In this document: positions 24,902 through 35,415 of the stretch, piece by piece
Numbering within the stretch: the first letter of the stretch is position 1
Layout of the letters: every line of letters starts with the position of its first letter
Assembly: GCA_013239625.1 (NCBI GenBank)
Contig: MU053933.1
Location: forward strand, 2,257,026 to 2,321,025
Direction: 5' to 3'
DNA length: 64,000 bases
Source: Lama guanicoe
Lineage: Eukaryota
Position numbers and translations under genes: made by a program
Notes under the pieces: model-generated
Databases searched by the model: none
Told to the model about the DNA's origin: nothing
What the model saw: the letters and a program-made list of their open reading frames with translations, nothing else

Positions 24902-25210
24902 ATGGGCTGGACCATCGGCCCCGAGGGCTGCCAGCCGGGCTGCGCCAGTCGCCCGGGCTGCGTCCCCATCTGCTGCCCTCCCCTGTGCTGTGGGGTGGCC
25001 ACCCCCAATGAGGCCACGCTGTGCTGTCCTCTGGGCTCCATGACCACCTCCTGCCACCCGGGCTGCGACCCTCAGTCCCTGTGCAGCCCCGCCTGCAGCC
25101 CTGCCTGCTGCACATCCCTGAGCTGCCAGCCCGAGGCCTGTGAGGCCGCCTCCTGCCCCACCTGCATCTGCCTGCCCTCCTTCCTCTGCGCCATCCTCCC
25201 CTGCTGCTGA
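24902..25210 (+). CDS. Divergent Cys/Pro-rich keratin-associated-protein-like gene (102 aa), family unassigned
   Basis: Intact ORF MGWTIGPEGCQPGCASRPGCVPICCPPLCC..LPCC*, 23 Cys in 102 aa, strong Kozak CACCATGG, KRTAP12-like TATA region, TGC-TGC-TGA end and AATAAA at 25385-25390. Confidence 0.75.
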   Translation: MGWTIGPEGCQPGCASRPGCVPICCPPLCCGVATPNEATLCCPLGSMTTSCHPGCDPQSLCSPACSPACCTSLSCQPEACEAASCPTCICLPSFLCAILPCC

Positions 25211-26714
25211 AGCCGCGTCTCCCTGGTCACGGCAGCCGAGCCGTGCCACGAAGGTCTCCACCCTGCCGCTCCGCCCTTCACGGGAGCGCGCCCCCGGGGC
25301 CCCACACTGGCCTCTGGCTAGTCACCGAAGACCGAGCCCAGCTCCCAGAGGGAGCCTGAGCCAGGAACCCCGCAGAGGCTGGCTAATAAATGGGTCCATC
25401 TAGCATCCCCTCCAAGGAAACCATCACTAGCACACGGCCGGGGACGGCGTCCCGGGAGGAGACTTGAGGGGCAGCGCAGTGAGGTCACAACTCGGTCGGT
25501 GTGCAGATGAACAGATACTAACCAAATAGATTAATGAGAAAGCTGACCAAGTAGTGGGGCTAGGAAAAACTCGGGGTAGAACGAGGGCCCTGGACAGACC
25601 TTGTGGGTCAGTGGACGACTCCTGCTTTTGTTCACAGGGTAGGGGTGTGGCCAGCCCCTACAACGTAAACAGCAGAAAGGCTGAAAGTAAAGGGGAGAAA
25701 AAACACATCCAACCGGAGCCATCCGGTGCAATTACCTCAGCAGGCAAAGTGCACTTTACGGGAGAAACACTGCCCCGATGGAGATGCACTCTGGCCCGTG
25801 GTAACAAAGTCCAGTGCGCCAGAGACGCAGCGTACTCAGCCTCCACGCGCCACAAACGGTAGCCTCAAAATGGCAAAACCTGGTGCATTCCAAGGAGGAA
25901 AGACGACTCCTGCGTCACGGGAGAGACCGTGACACACCTTCCTCAGAGCAAGCTGACCGACAGCGTTAAAGGTCAATTTATTCAGAACCTGAGACTTTTC
26001 CAGTATTTTTCTTCGCTTCAGACAAAGCTTGCTGAAATGAGACTTTGGCTAATTAATATTTAGGGAACATTTTGTCACAAAGAACTTCCAGATTTATGCG
26101 GAAACATCCATTTGTGGCCTAAAACTTGTGCTCGTGGTATGTGCACATTTGAACCTTTACATCCGTTAAAGAAAAGTGTCAGCTCTGTTGCCCCAAAACA
26201 GCTCCCGTCACAAGGCGCTGCTCAGCTGTGACACATCAGAACCTGACTTTACTGTCACCTTAAGCCAGGGGACTGCCTTGCCCGTTTTGCTCTTTTCCAC
26301 AGTATGACTTGTGGAAAGCACTTGTGCTATTTTCCAAAGCTCTCCTATGAAGAGCATCACGGAAAAGCGGTTAAAACCGTTCAACTGACACAACGCTGTA
26401 GACTGACTGCACTTCAGTTGAAAAAACATTCAGTTCAGAAATAGCAGAATCGTGGGCACAAGTTAATGAAATGGAAAGCACATCACCCAACAGAGTGAGG
26501 ACGGTTCTCTGAGAAGACGGACCCTTGGCCTGTGGGATTGGCCGGTGGGACAAACGGAAAGGGGCCCCAAAGACTCCTGGGAAATGAGGAGAAATTACAG
26601 CAGAGCCACAGACATAACAATTTTAAAAAATTATCAGTGACCATTACAACTTTATCCCAACAAATTATCTAAAACACATAAAGCTTACCAAAACAATTTG
26701 TTTTAGAAATCTGA

Positions 26715-26860
26715 GGTGACGAGGGTGCTGCTCAGCGGCAGAGCGCAGGCTTTGCGTGCACAAGGTCCTGGGTCCCATCCCCAGTGCCTCCGCTACAATA
26801 AATTAAGTGAATAAACAGACAAATCTAATAGCCTCTCCCCCAAAAAACAAACGAAAAAAG
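26715..26860 (+). mobile_element. Degenerate Vic-1-type SINE
   Basis: GCTCAGCGGCAGAGCG..GGTCCTGGGTCCCATCCCCAGTGCCTCC..AAATCTAATAGCCTCTCCCC plus A-rich tail. Confidence 0.7.
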
Positions 26861-28716
26861 ACATGTGATAACCTGTAACCACTAAAAATTTGAATCAAGA
26901 GTTAGAATCCACCAGCCAAGCTGATGCCAGACCCAGACGTTCAAGGAGTAAGTAGCTCCAGACGGCTATAAACTCCTCCAGGGAATTCAGAACTAAGATA
27001 GCCCCCGCCCTCCCTCCCTCCCTCCCTCCGAGAGCTGGACCCACCGGAGCGCCAAACGAAGAAACGTGTGCAGGCGGCTCCACTTACAGAAGCTCAGAAC
27101 CACTCAAATCATTGCTGCCGGAGGTCCGGGCAGCGGTCCCTCTGGAAGGTGGGGGCTGGGAGGGGGACTGGAGGGTCCAGGACGGCCCTGGAGAGCTGGC
27201 CTGCCACGGCCTGGCCCTGACATCTGGTCCCCTGCGGGCTGGAGGGGAGGGCGGGCCCGCTGGAGGCGCTCCGGGCCGGCCGGGGGCAGGGGCGGTGGTC
27301 TCATCCACAGGGTGGGCTCTCTCTACTGCTGACAAAGTATATCTCAAGCCCCACCCATCCTGGGCCTTAGAAAAGCTCCAGGGAAAACTCTCACAAAAAA
27401 GCCCCAAAACAAAGAGTCTGGAGCCCGTGGGTGCTTCAGGGCTCCGTGCACACGGCTCCCTGCCCTGCGCTCCTGCACGCCGTCCTCCCCTCTGCCGGAC
27501 AGACAGACGGAACGCGAGCGCTTTGCACGCCGCGGAGGTTGGCTTGCCCCACACAGAAAGGTCATGGATGCCAGCGGGTGGGGAGGGGACAAGGACAGTC
27601 CACAGCCAGGCCCTCCCGCCCGCAGTCCCCTCGGCACCCGCACCCGGCCACTGGGCCACTGGGCAGATTTAACCTGACACAGGCTCACAGCAGGGCAGCC
27701 GGAGGGGCCCAGACCGACGCACCGCGCACGGGAGGGAACAGCCGTAGCACAGAGTGAGAAGGGCGAGTCCCCGAAGGTCACAGTCAGGGTGATGTCCTAT
27801 CACCATGCAAGCTGCTGAATCCGAGTTACACCTTTTGGGAACACACAGAGACGTGACTCAACTCCGTTTTTTCAAAGGTGACAGACAGCGAGCACAGTTC
27901 CCGGCCGAGCTCGCTGCGGCGCAAGAGCTGTCACTGATGTTCTGCTGTCCACGTGAGGGCTATTGTAGCACAATCAGCAATAATTGATCATCAGTTGACT
28001 GATTAAAAATGAGTCATATGTGGACCAGTGATGGAAGTGAGTCGCGAGCTGAGGACCAGAGCTGCCCCAGTTCTGCAACCCTGATGCCCAAAGGAGCCAA
28101 AGCTGCCCCACTGGGCTCAACTCTCCCTGATGCAGGACCACAGGACATCTTCCGACAAGATGGGGCAGCCCGTACTCACTCCTGGAGGCGGGACTCCACA
28201 GCTGAGGGGAAGATCAGCCACGGAAAGACGGCGAGTCCCTGCCCGCGCCACCTGCCGAGTGCGGAAGGTATGACGTCCCGGGCCACTCCCTCCTCCCAAG
28301 ACCCTCCTCCCCCCCCCACCCCGAGAGCCGCAGTGGAGCCGCAGGGATCACTGCAGAGGGGACCAGCCCCACATCCTGGGTAACAGACTGGCCAGCCAGA
28401 AAACTGAGAGATGAAAGAAAGACAGGAAGAGATTGCTGCCTCGGGAAAGCACGATTTATTTGGCTCATGTGAGGTGTGGCTTCCTGTCAGAGCCAGAGAA
28501 ATCTGCTGGGAACCAGGGCTTCCCAGAGGGGATGTACAAGTTTACTGAAGGATCCAGATCATCTCAGCACATTTCCCTCCCCTGGGGGTCAGGGGGGTGG
28601 CAGAGCATGCTTTCCATCTGCCACGTGCAGAACCTGGAGGTCAGTCGAGGACTCGTGCCAGGAAGGACACAGGTGTGGCCCCATCTGCACTGGAGATGCT
28701 GGGAGGAGGCTCGCGG

Positions 28717-28944
28717 TCAAAGGCAGGAGGGGGTGCTATAGGAGGTGGGTCTGCAGACCAGGGTGGGGCAGGAGGGCTGGAAGCACCCGGAGGACTGGCA
28801 GGAGGGGGTCAAACACACGACTGGCTTGTAGCTCACGGGCACACGCACTGGCCTGTATCTCACGGGGACATACACAGCTGGCCTGTAGGTCACAGGCACG
28901 CAGCCGGACGCCTGGCAGCCAGAGGAGCAGCTGGTGTGGCACAT
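28717..28944 (-). CDS. KRTAP12: Keratin-associated protein, KRTAP12 family (75 aa, short, Tyr-enriched)
   Basis: MCHTSCSSGCQASGCVPVTYRP..PSCQSSGCFQPSCPTLVCRPTSYSTPSCL; TATAAA at 29014-29019 and AATAAA at 28455-28460 on the minus strand; GCCACCATG. Confidence 0.88.
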   Translation of the reverse strand: MCHTSCSSGCQASGCVPVTYRPAVYVPVRYRPVRVPVSYKPVVCLTPSCQSSGCFQPSCPTLVCRPTSYSTPSCL

Positions 28945-31199
28945 GGTGGCTTAGGGCTGGGCCGGCGTTGGGAGGAGGGCGGTGATGTCTGCAGCCTCCC
29001 TCCCCGGGCGGCCTTTATACCCGGGCCGTGGGCGTCCCGACCACACAGACCCAGCTGTTGACTTCCTTGTTTCTGCTTCTTTCCGGCAGTTTCCTAGGAT
29101 GCAGTTTTCTGCTGTAGATTTTCTGACTAATTAATTAGACCCCCTGCGAGCTCTTGTTACACGTGGCAGCCTGCCCAGCTGTCTTACTGGCGCCGTCTGG
29201 ATTCTGCCTTGTTCCTCAAAATTTCATCTGAGCAACTTTTGAATGACTCTCCAGACCTCCCTCCCTCTGGGACGCTGGTCCTCCTCCCCATGTCCAGCTG
29301 GCTCCCCAGCGGATCCCCAGAGCGTGTCTGCCTGGTCCCGGGGTGTCTGGGCCACCGAGCAGGAGGTGGAGTGCCAGCGGACACACAGGAAGGATGCAGG
29401 GACCCCTCGCCCATGGGGTCCTGAGGATAAAGGGCGCGGGTCACAGAGAACTTCTGGTGGGTGGTGACCTTGGCTGCTCGTCCTGAGAAAGCCTCGCAGT
29501 TAGAAAAGCAATATGAGAAGCCACGGAGATGCAGCTCCGGGAATAGCAGGAGCCAGCATATCCGCAGGGAAGTGTGTACGGAGCAGGGGCCTTGGGGCGG
29601 CGGCAGGAGGGGTGCAGGTGGCTTGTGGATGGTCCGCGGGCACCGCCTGCACCCCAGCGGCCAGCACAATCTCTGGCCTACAGAGGTCAAGGTGGGCCCC
29701 GTGGGACTCGCGCGAGGGGCCAGCTCGTCTGGCAGCATGTTGACCAGCTGCGGTGAGGGCATGCAGCTGCTTGCGCTAGACGCCGCCTGCTCCCTCTTCC
29801 CTGGGGCTCTGGCCTGTCCCCTACGTCCCCAAAGCTGTCTCCAGCACCACTCTGCCCGCCCGGATGCTCTGGCTGTAAAATCTGGATGAGCACTTGGATA
29901 GCCCTCCCTACCGCTTTTATCAAGAATTCAGGGGTCTCCACCTCTACCCTTGACAGCGAGGAAGCTTTGAGAATCTAATGCGGACAATGGTGTTTCTGAA
30001 AAAAACCCTGTAAGAGGCTGCTGAGTTGAAATGTAAGAGGCTTTATGAAATTTTCTCCTAAGGCCAGGTTCCTGACGTCTGGTGCACAGCTCCACACAGT
30101 TCAGGCACCACACAAATGCACACATGGCTGAGACCAGACAAACACTCCCACGCAGGGCCCGTCTGTGAGGGGAACACTGTTCCCCACGCCTAAGCTCTCG
30201 TCCATAAAGAGACACCCTCCAGCACTCCCGCCCCTCGGCTCCCTCCTCTGCAGGCGGGAGAGGGTCACCCGCTGGGTGACTGTGGGACAAGGAGGGGACC
30301 AGTCTGCCTGGGGAGAGCGCTTGCTGTGATCATCTTGGCCAGGGCATTCCCAGCACAAAGACCTCCCTGCCCGGGGCTGGGGGTCCCTGGGACGGCCTGA
30401 CCGGAGAGCCTGCCTCATTGTGTTCTAGAAGCCACACGCCTGTCCTAGTCCTCCACTCGCAGGCGAGTTTACCCCTGCCTGCCTGATAGCTGCCTCTCCA
30501 CTGGCTCTTCACTGAAGCAAAGACGAGAGATACCCAAAGAACTGCTCAAACCACAGCCTCTGCTGCAGGGCCCAGGAACCTTCTGGAACAGACAGGAGTT
30601 GAACATGGAGATCAAAATGATACTGGGAAAACTCAATGGAGTGACTGGTACCAGACCACTGAAGAAAACACATGAGATATCCACTTCCGGGCAGTGGTTA
30701 AGACACAGCAGTGACTGTGACTCCTGAGAGGGGGAAACCCGCAAGACGGCCTCCACACGTGCCCAGTTCCCGGCCTGGGGTCAGCCTCCCAGGTGCAGTG
30801 CAGTGAGCTGGGGTTTGGGCAGGACATGAGGCTGCATTCTGCTGAAGAGGAAAAGGCCCGTGGTTGGCACTGGAAGCACCTAGAATCTGAGGAGTCGGGC
30901 GTCAGAAAGGAGGGGCTGCATGCAAGTCCCCTGTAGATCTGTGCCGGAGGGAGGGGCTGTCTATACGTAAGGCAAGGCCACTGGCGGCTGCCAAGAAACT
31001 GCTGCAGGACTGAGAGTGGAGCCCCTCTGGCATCCCACTGACACCCCATATAGTCAGCCCCCTAGGAATAGGGGTCCCACTCTAGATCTGCCCAACAAAG
31101 CCTAGCCAAGCCATGACAGGATTTCCAGGGAAGACAGCTTGGAAGTTGAGTCTCACCAACACATAGAGCTTTCCACAGGTCTGCTCCAACAAAGTGTAA

Positions 31200-32460
31200 A
31201 ATCCTGCACAAACAAGTTCAGGGTGGTCAGTTAGTAACTGACTGTCTGCCAGAATAAAAGTGAACAATCAGTAGAACATGAGAGAACGCAGGCTCTCCAA
31301 ATGTATTATCATAATTGCTAATATACAATCAAAAATCACTAGACATAAAAAGATACAGGAAAATGTAGTCCGCAGTTAAAGAACAAAACAATAGTAATGC
31401 AGCCTCAGCTGGTCCAAATACTGGTTTTGCAAGCCATGGCATTAGAGCAGCTATTTGTTTAAAGACTCAAAGGAGGAGATGCTCAGAGAAGTCAAGGAAA
31501 ATATTATGTTCATGAGTGAATAGGTTCTCATGAGGGAATCTCAGCAGAGGAATGGAAACATTAAAAATGGGAATTCTAGAACCAGAAAGCACAGTAGCTG
31601 AAATAAAATGTCCACTTGGTGGACCTAAAGCAGACTGAAGACAAACAGAAAGAGTGAGTGAAAGCGAAGATGCAGCAGGAGAAATTATCCAGTCTGACGG
31701 GAAAGAACGCACAAAAGTGACAAGACCTGCGACAGCATCGAACAGTCTGACACACACGTAAGCTCAGCCTCAGAATGCGAGAATGCTATCGAAGCACAAA
31801 ACTGTTTTGAAGAAGTAATAGACAATTTTCCCAAACTTGATTTAAAACAACTTACAGATCCAAGAATCGTAGTAAACCCCAAGCAGTATAAATACAAAGA
31901 AAACCACACCTGGCCACTGAATAGTGATAAAAACCAAAAGTTAAGAAAGAAAAAAAAAGAAAAGAAAGAAAAAAAAAGAAAAGAAAGAAAAAAAAAGAAA
32001 AGAAAGAAAAAAAAAGAAAAGAAAGAAAAAAAAAGAAAAGAAAGAAAAAAAAAGAAAAGAAAGAAAAAAAAAGAAAAGAAAGAAAAAAAAAGAAAAGAAA
32101 GAAAAAAAAAGAAAAGAAAGAAAAATAAAAAACTTCAAAGCAGTGAGAGAAAAAACACTCCACAAACAAGAGAAAAGACAACAACAGCTGACTTGTCATC
32201 GGAAACAGTGGGAGACAGAGGACAATGGAATGATATCAGCAAAAAGCTGAAGACAAAAATTGCCCGTCAGGAATTCTGTACCTAGAAAGAAAACCAATAA
32301 AATGCACCTAAACTATCCAAAAAAAGAGAATTCCATACCCAGCACTCCACCTTCACGCCTGAGGGCGAAGTGAAACAATTTCAGAGAAACAAAAGTGAGA
32401 GAACTCCCCAGCGGCGGACTTGCCCTCAAGAAATACCAAAGGAGGTCCTTTAGGTGGAGC
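31200..32460 (+). mobile_element. Old LINE-1 ORF1-region fragment
   Basis: A-rich with decayed L1 ORF1 motifs (GTTTTGAAGAAGTAATAGACAATTTTCCCAAACTTGAT, TTACAGATCCAAGAA); interrupted by a purine tandem array. Confidence 0.65.
31943..32125 (+). repeat. Tandem purine repeat, 19-bp unit GAAAAGAAAGAAAAAAAAA, about 9 copies
   Basis: Direct inspection; regular 19-bp period. Confidence 0.9.
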
Positions 32461-33224
32461 AGAAACGGGCCCAGGGAGGGTCCGCGGGAAGGGCCAGGGC
32501 CCAGGGGCGCTGGGAGGCGCGTATGGACAGGAGCCTCGCTCTCCCTCTCCCAGTGACTGCCAGGAGCGAGGTCGCATACGGACATGCGTTCACACTGGGC
32601 TGCCCTAAACTCTCTCTGCTTTCCGCGTGATTTTGACCTGCGGTAAGAGCCAAAGGAGGCGCTGAGCCCATGGGTCGTGGCCTGTGCAGAGGCTCCAGGT
32701 CATTCGCCGTGTGGTCTCAGATCAGCTTGGTCCCTCGGGTTTCCAAGTTCTGACCATGTTTTAGCCCCTGAGCCTTGGGGTGACATCATCACCGTGGTGT
32801 CCGACTCGTCACGGGGCTCCCTAGGGGAGTCCCCTCCACCCACAGCAGCAGTCACAGGGGCCTCACACAGGCACGAGGGCCTCAGGGACACAGCCTTGGA
32901 GGAGGCTGCAGCACTGCCCTGAGAGATGGCCACACCCTGTGAGCAGCACCCACCGGAGAATGACGTGTGGCTGGAGTGTAGAGAGAACACAGGGCAGACA
33001 CACATGAGGAGCGCGTAATCCACGCTCCTGCCAGCTGCCCAGCCCCCGGAGGGGCACCGGGGTGTCTGACGCTGGCTGCAAGGCCGGGCTGACCAGACCC
33101 TCGGGTGGGGAAAGGAATCCGGAGGGCGGCTTAGCCCCTCCCTCCCCACTCGGGTCCCCCGGGATCCACCCAGTGCTGCCTGACGTGGGCAGACAATTCT
33201 GAGTTAGAAGCTCAAGATGGTCAC

Positions 33225-33580
33225 CCAGTGAACTCTGATTAAGGACCTAGACCTGGGAGGTTATCCTGGGTGAGTGAGTGGGCCTGAAACTCCACCACAA
33301 GTGTCCTCAAAACGGAAGCAGCGCCTCCGTCTTCACACAGACAAGGACAGACGGCCGGCAGAGATGGGAGGGACGCGGCCACAAGCCAAGGACGCCTGGA
33401 GCCCCAGAGGCGGAAAGGGCCTCCCCTCCAGCCACACGCCCCCCGACGTCGGCTCAGCAGACCTGCTGTCAGACTTCGGCCTCCAGGACCGGGGAGGGGG
33501 GCAGATCTCTGTGGTTTTATCAATTTTATATGAGCAAGTGTGGGATCGTCTGTTACAGCAGCCACAGGGAACGGGTGCAA
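33225..33580 (+). mobile_element. Degenerate MaLR (MLT1-type) LTR
   Basis: GATTAAGGACC..GGGAGGTTATCCTGG..GCCACAAGCCAAGGA..AGACTTCGGCCTCCAG..TGTTACAGCAGCCACAGGGAAC. Confidence 0.65.
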
Positions 33581-34680
33581 ATGTATATGATAAGCGTAGC
33601 TTCCATACTTTCTAAGTATTCTGGCTTAACATGTCATCGAGATGATACAGAAATGGTCATCACTGCAGAAACCCTTCAGCCCTTCACCCAAGGGGTCCAG
33701 CCAGCTTCCCTCACCCCGCAGACGGCGCTCTTCACCTGCTCCCCGAGCCTGGCCTTCAGGGTCCACCTGACCAGCCCCCTCACTTCCACAGTGGCTGTGC
33801 TGTCCCAGCCGCCCTGCCTGCTGGCCTCGCTGACCAGCGGAGGCCCCACGGGCACCCTGCCACCACCCCCGACCTGTGCAGCTGCCCTGCCCGTCGCACC
33901 TGGCAGCGTCTGGCGCAAAGAGCATTGGGATGCTGTTCCCTGGACCCCTGAGTGTCCCACTGGAGTGTCCCAAGAGCCCATGGACAGAGTCCAGGCTCAG
34001 CCCCCGGGAAAGACGCAGTGGAGGTGGGGCTGAGTCTGAGAAGACAGACGGAGAGGCGGGAGGGGAGGCAGAGAGAGCCCCAGCAAGCACGAGGCCTGAT
34101 CGATCCTCAGGCACCGGGGAGCCTGAGCGGGAGCCCCGCTGTGGGGGCGAGAGGGGAACGTTGCCAGCCGCACCTGACCGAGCCTCGGCTGGGCCACCAC
34201 GCCGGCTGCTGCGGCCAACGCCACAGAGGTGCAGAGAGCCCGCAGGGTGCAACGGGGAGACACTCTGAGCAAGGGGGCCACAAACATCCCCGCCTCGGAG
34301 ACGCCGTCTGTGCGGAGAGCAGCACAGAGTCTGCTGTCTCGCCGCATCCTTCCCTCCGGCCAGGGCCCAAGACAGGGCCGCCGGCCACCGCCACCGCCAC
34401 CGCCAGGGCCTGCCCTGGCATCTCCACCCTCCCTCGTCTGCAAGGACTCGATGACAAATGCAAAAGAAGGGGAACCACACGCCCCAGAAAGGAGCCACTT
34501 CCAGGTCCCAGAATCCAAGTTACCCCCCTTTCCGGATCACCAGGTCCCCAGGATGAGCGCCCAATGGCCGAGAGCACCCCGACCCCCACCCCCGCCTCGT
34601 CTCCAGCTGACCTGGTTCTCCCACACCCACTCAGCACGTGGTCAGGACCCGTCCTGTGGCCCCAACACACAGCCGGGGCT

Positions 34681-34812
34681 TTTACGAGCTGGGCCGCATC
34701 TCCTGGGAAAACAAGCGGCCCTAATGAGGGAGCCCAGGACCCGGACACCAACCGGGAAGGGCGGGCGTGGGGCCTCTGCTGGGGCAGCACGTGACACAGA
34801 GCAGGGATAAAA
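34681..34812 (+). promoter_or_regulatory. Proximal promoter of KRTAP10 copy 3 (HOX13-type site; GATAAAA TATA variant)
   Basis: TTTACGAG at 34681-34688 (reverse complement CTCGTAAA); GATAAAA at 34806-34812 in the position where paralogs have TATAAAA. Confidence 0.55.
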
Positions 34813-34884
34813 GCCGACCATCTGAGCACCTCACCCACACTCACACACACTCACTCACCCTCCTCCAGCCCCACCGCCCCCGCC

Positions 34885-35415
34885 ATGGCCGCACCCTCCC
34901 TGTCCACCTGCTCCGGCGACCTGAGCTACGGCAGCCGGGTCTGCCTGGCCGGTCCCTGTGACTCCTGCACCGGCTCCTCCTGGCAGGTGGACGACTGCCC
35001 AGAGAGCTGCTGCGAGCCCCCCTGCTGCGAGCCCCTCTGCTGTGAGCCCTGGGGCTGCGAGCCCCGCTGCTGCGCCCCGGCCCCTTGCCTGAGCCTCCTC
35101 TGCGCCCCAGCAAGCTGTGAGCCCTGCCCCTGCCCATCTGCCTGCACCAGCTCCTGCACGGCCTTGTGCTGCCCGCAGCCTAGCTGCCAGCCCTCCTGCT
35201 GCACCTCCTCCCCCTGCCAGCAGGACTGCTGTGCGCCCCTCTGCTGCAGGCCCGTGTACTGCAGGCCTGTGTGCTGCACGCCCGTGTGCTGCAGGCCCGT
35301 GTGCTGTGAGCCCACCCCCTGCCCCTCGTCCTGCTGCAGACCCTCCTCCTCCGTGTCCCTGCTCTGCCGCCCCAGGTGCTCCCGCTCGGCCTGCTGTGTC
35401 CCCGACTCGGCCTAG
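34885..35415 (+). CDS. KRTAP10: Keratin-associated protein, KRTAP10 family (176 aa, single exon)
   Basis: MAAPSLSTCSGDLSYGSRVC.. with CCEPx and CCRPV repeats; GCCATGG; AATAAA at 35778-35783. Confidence 0.93.
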   Translation: MAAPSLSTCSGDLSYGSRVCLAGPCDSCTGSSWQVDDCPESCCEPPCCEPLCCEPWGCEPRCCAPAPCLSLLCAPASCEPCPCPSACTSSCTALCCPQPSCQPSCCTSSPCQQDCCAPLCCRPVYCRPVCCTPVCCRPVCCEPTPCPSSCCRPSSSVSLLCRPRCSRSACCVPDSA

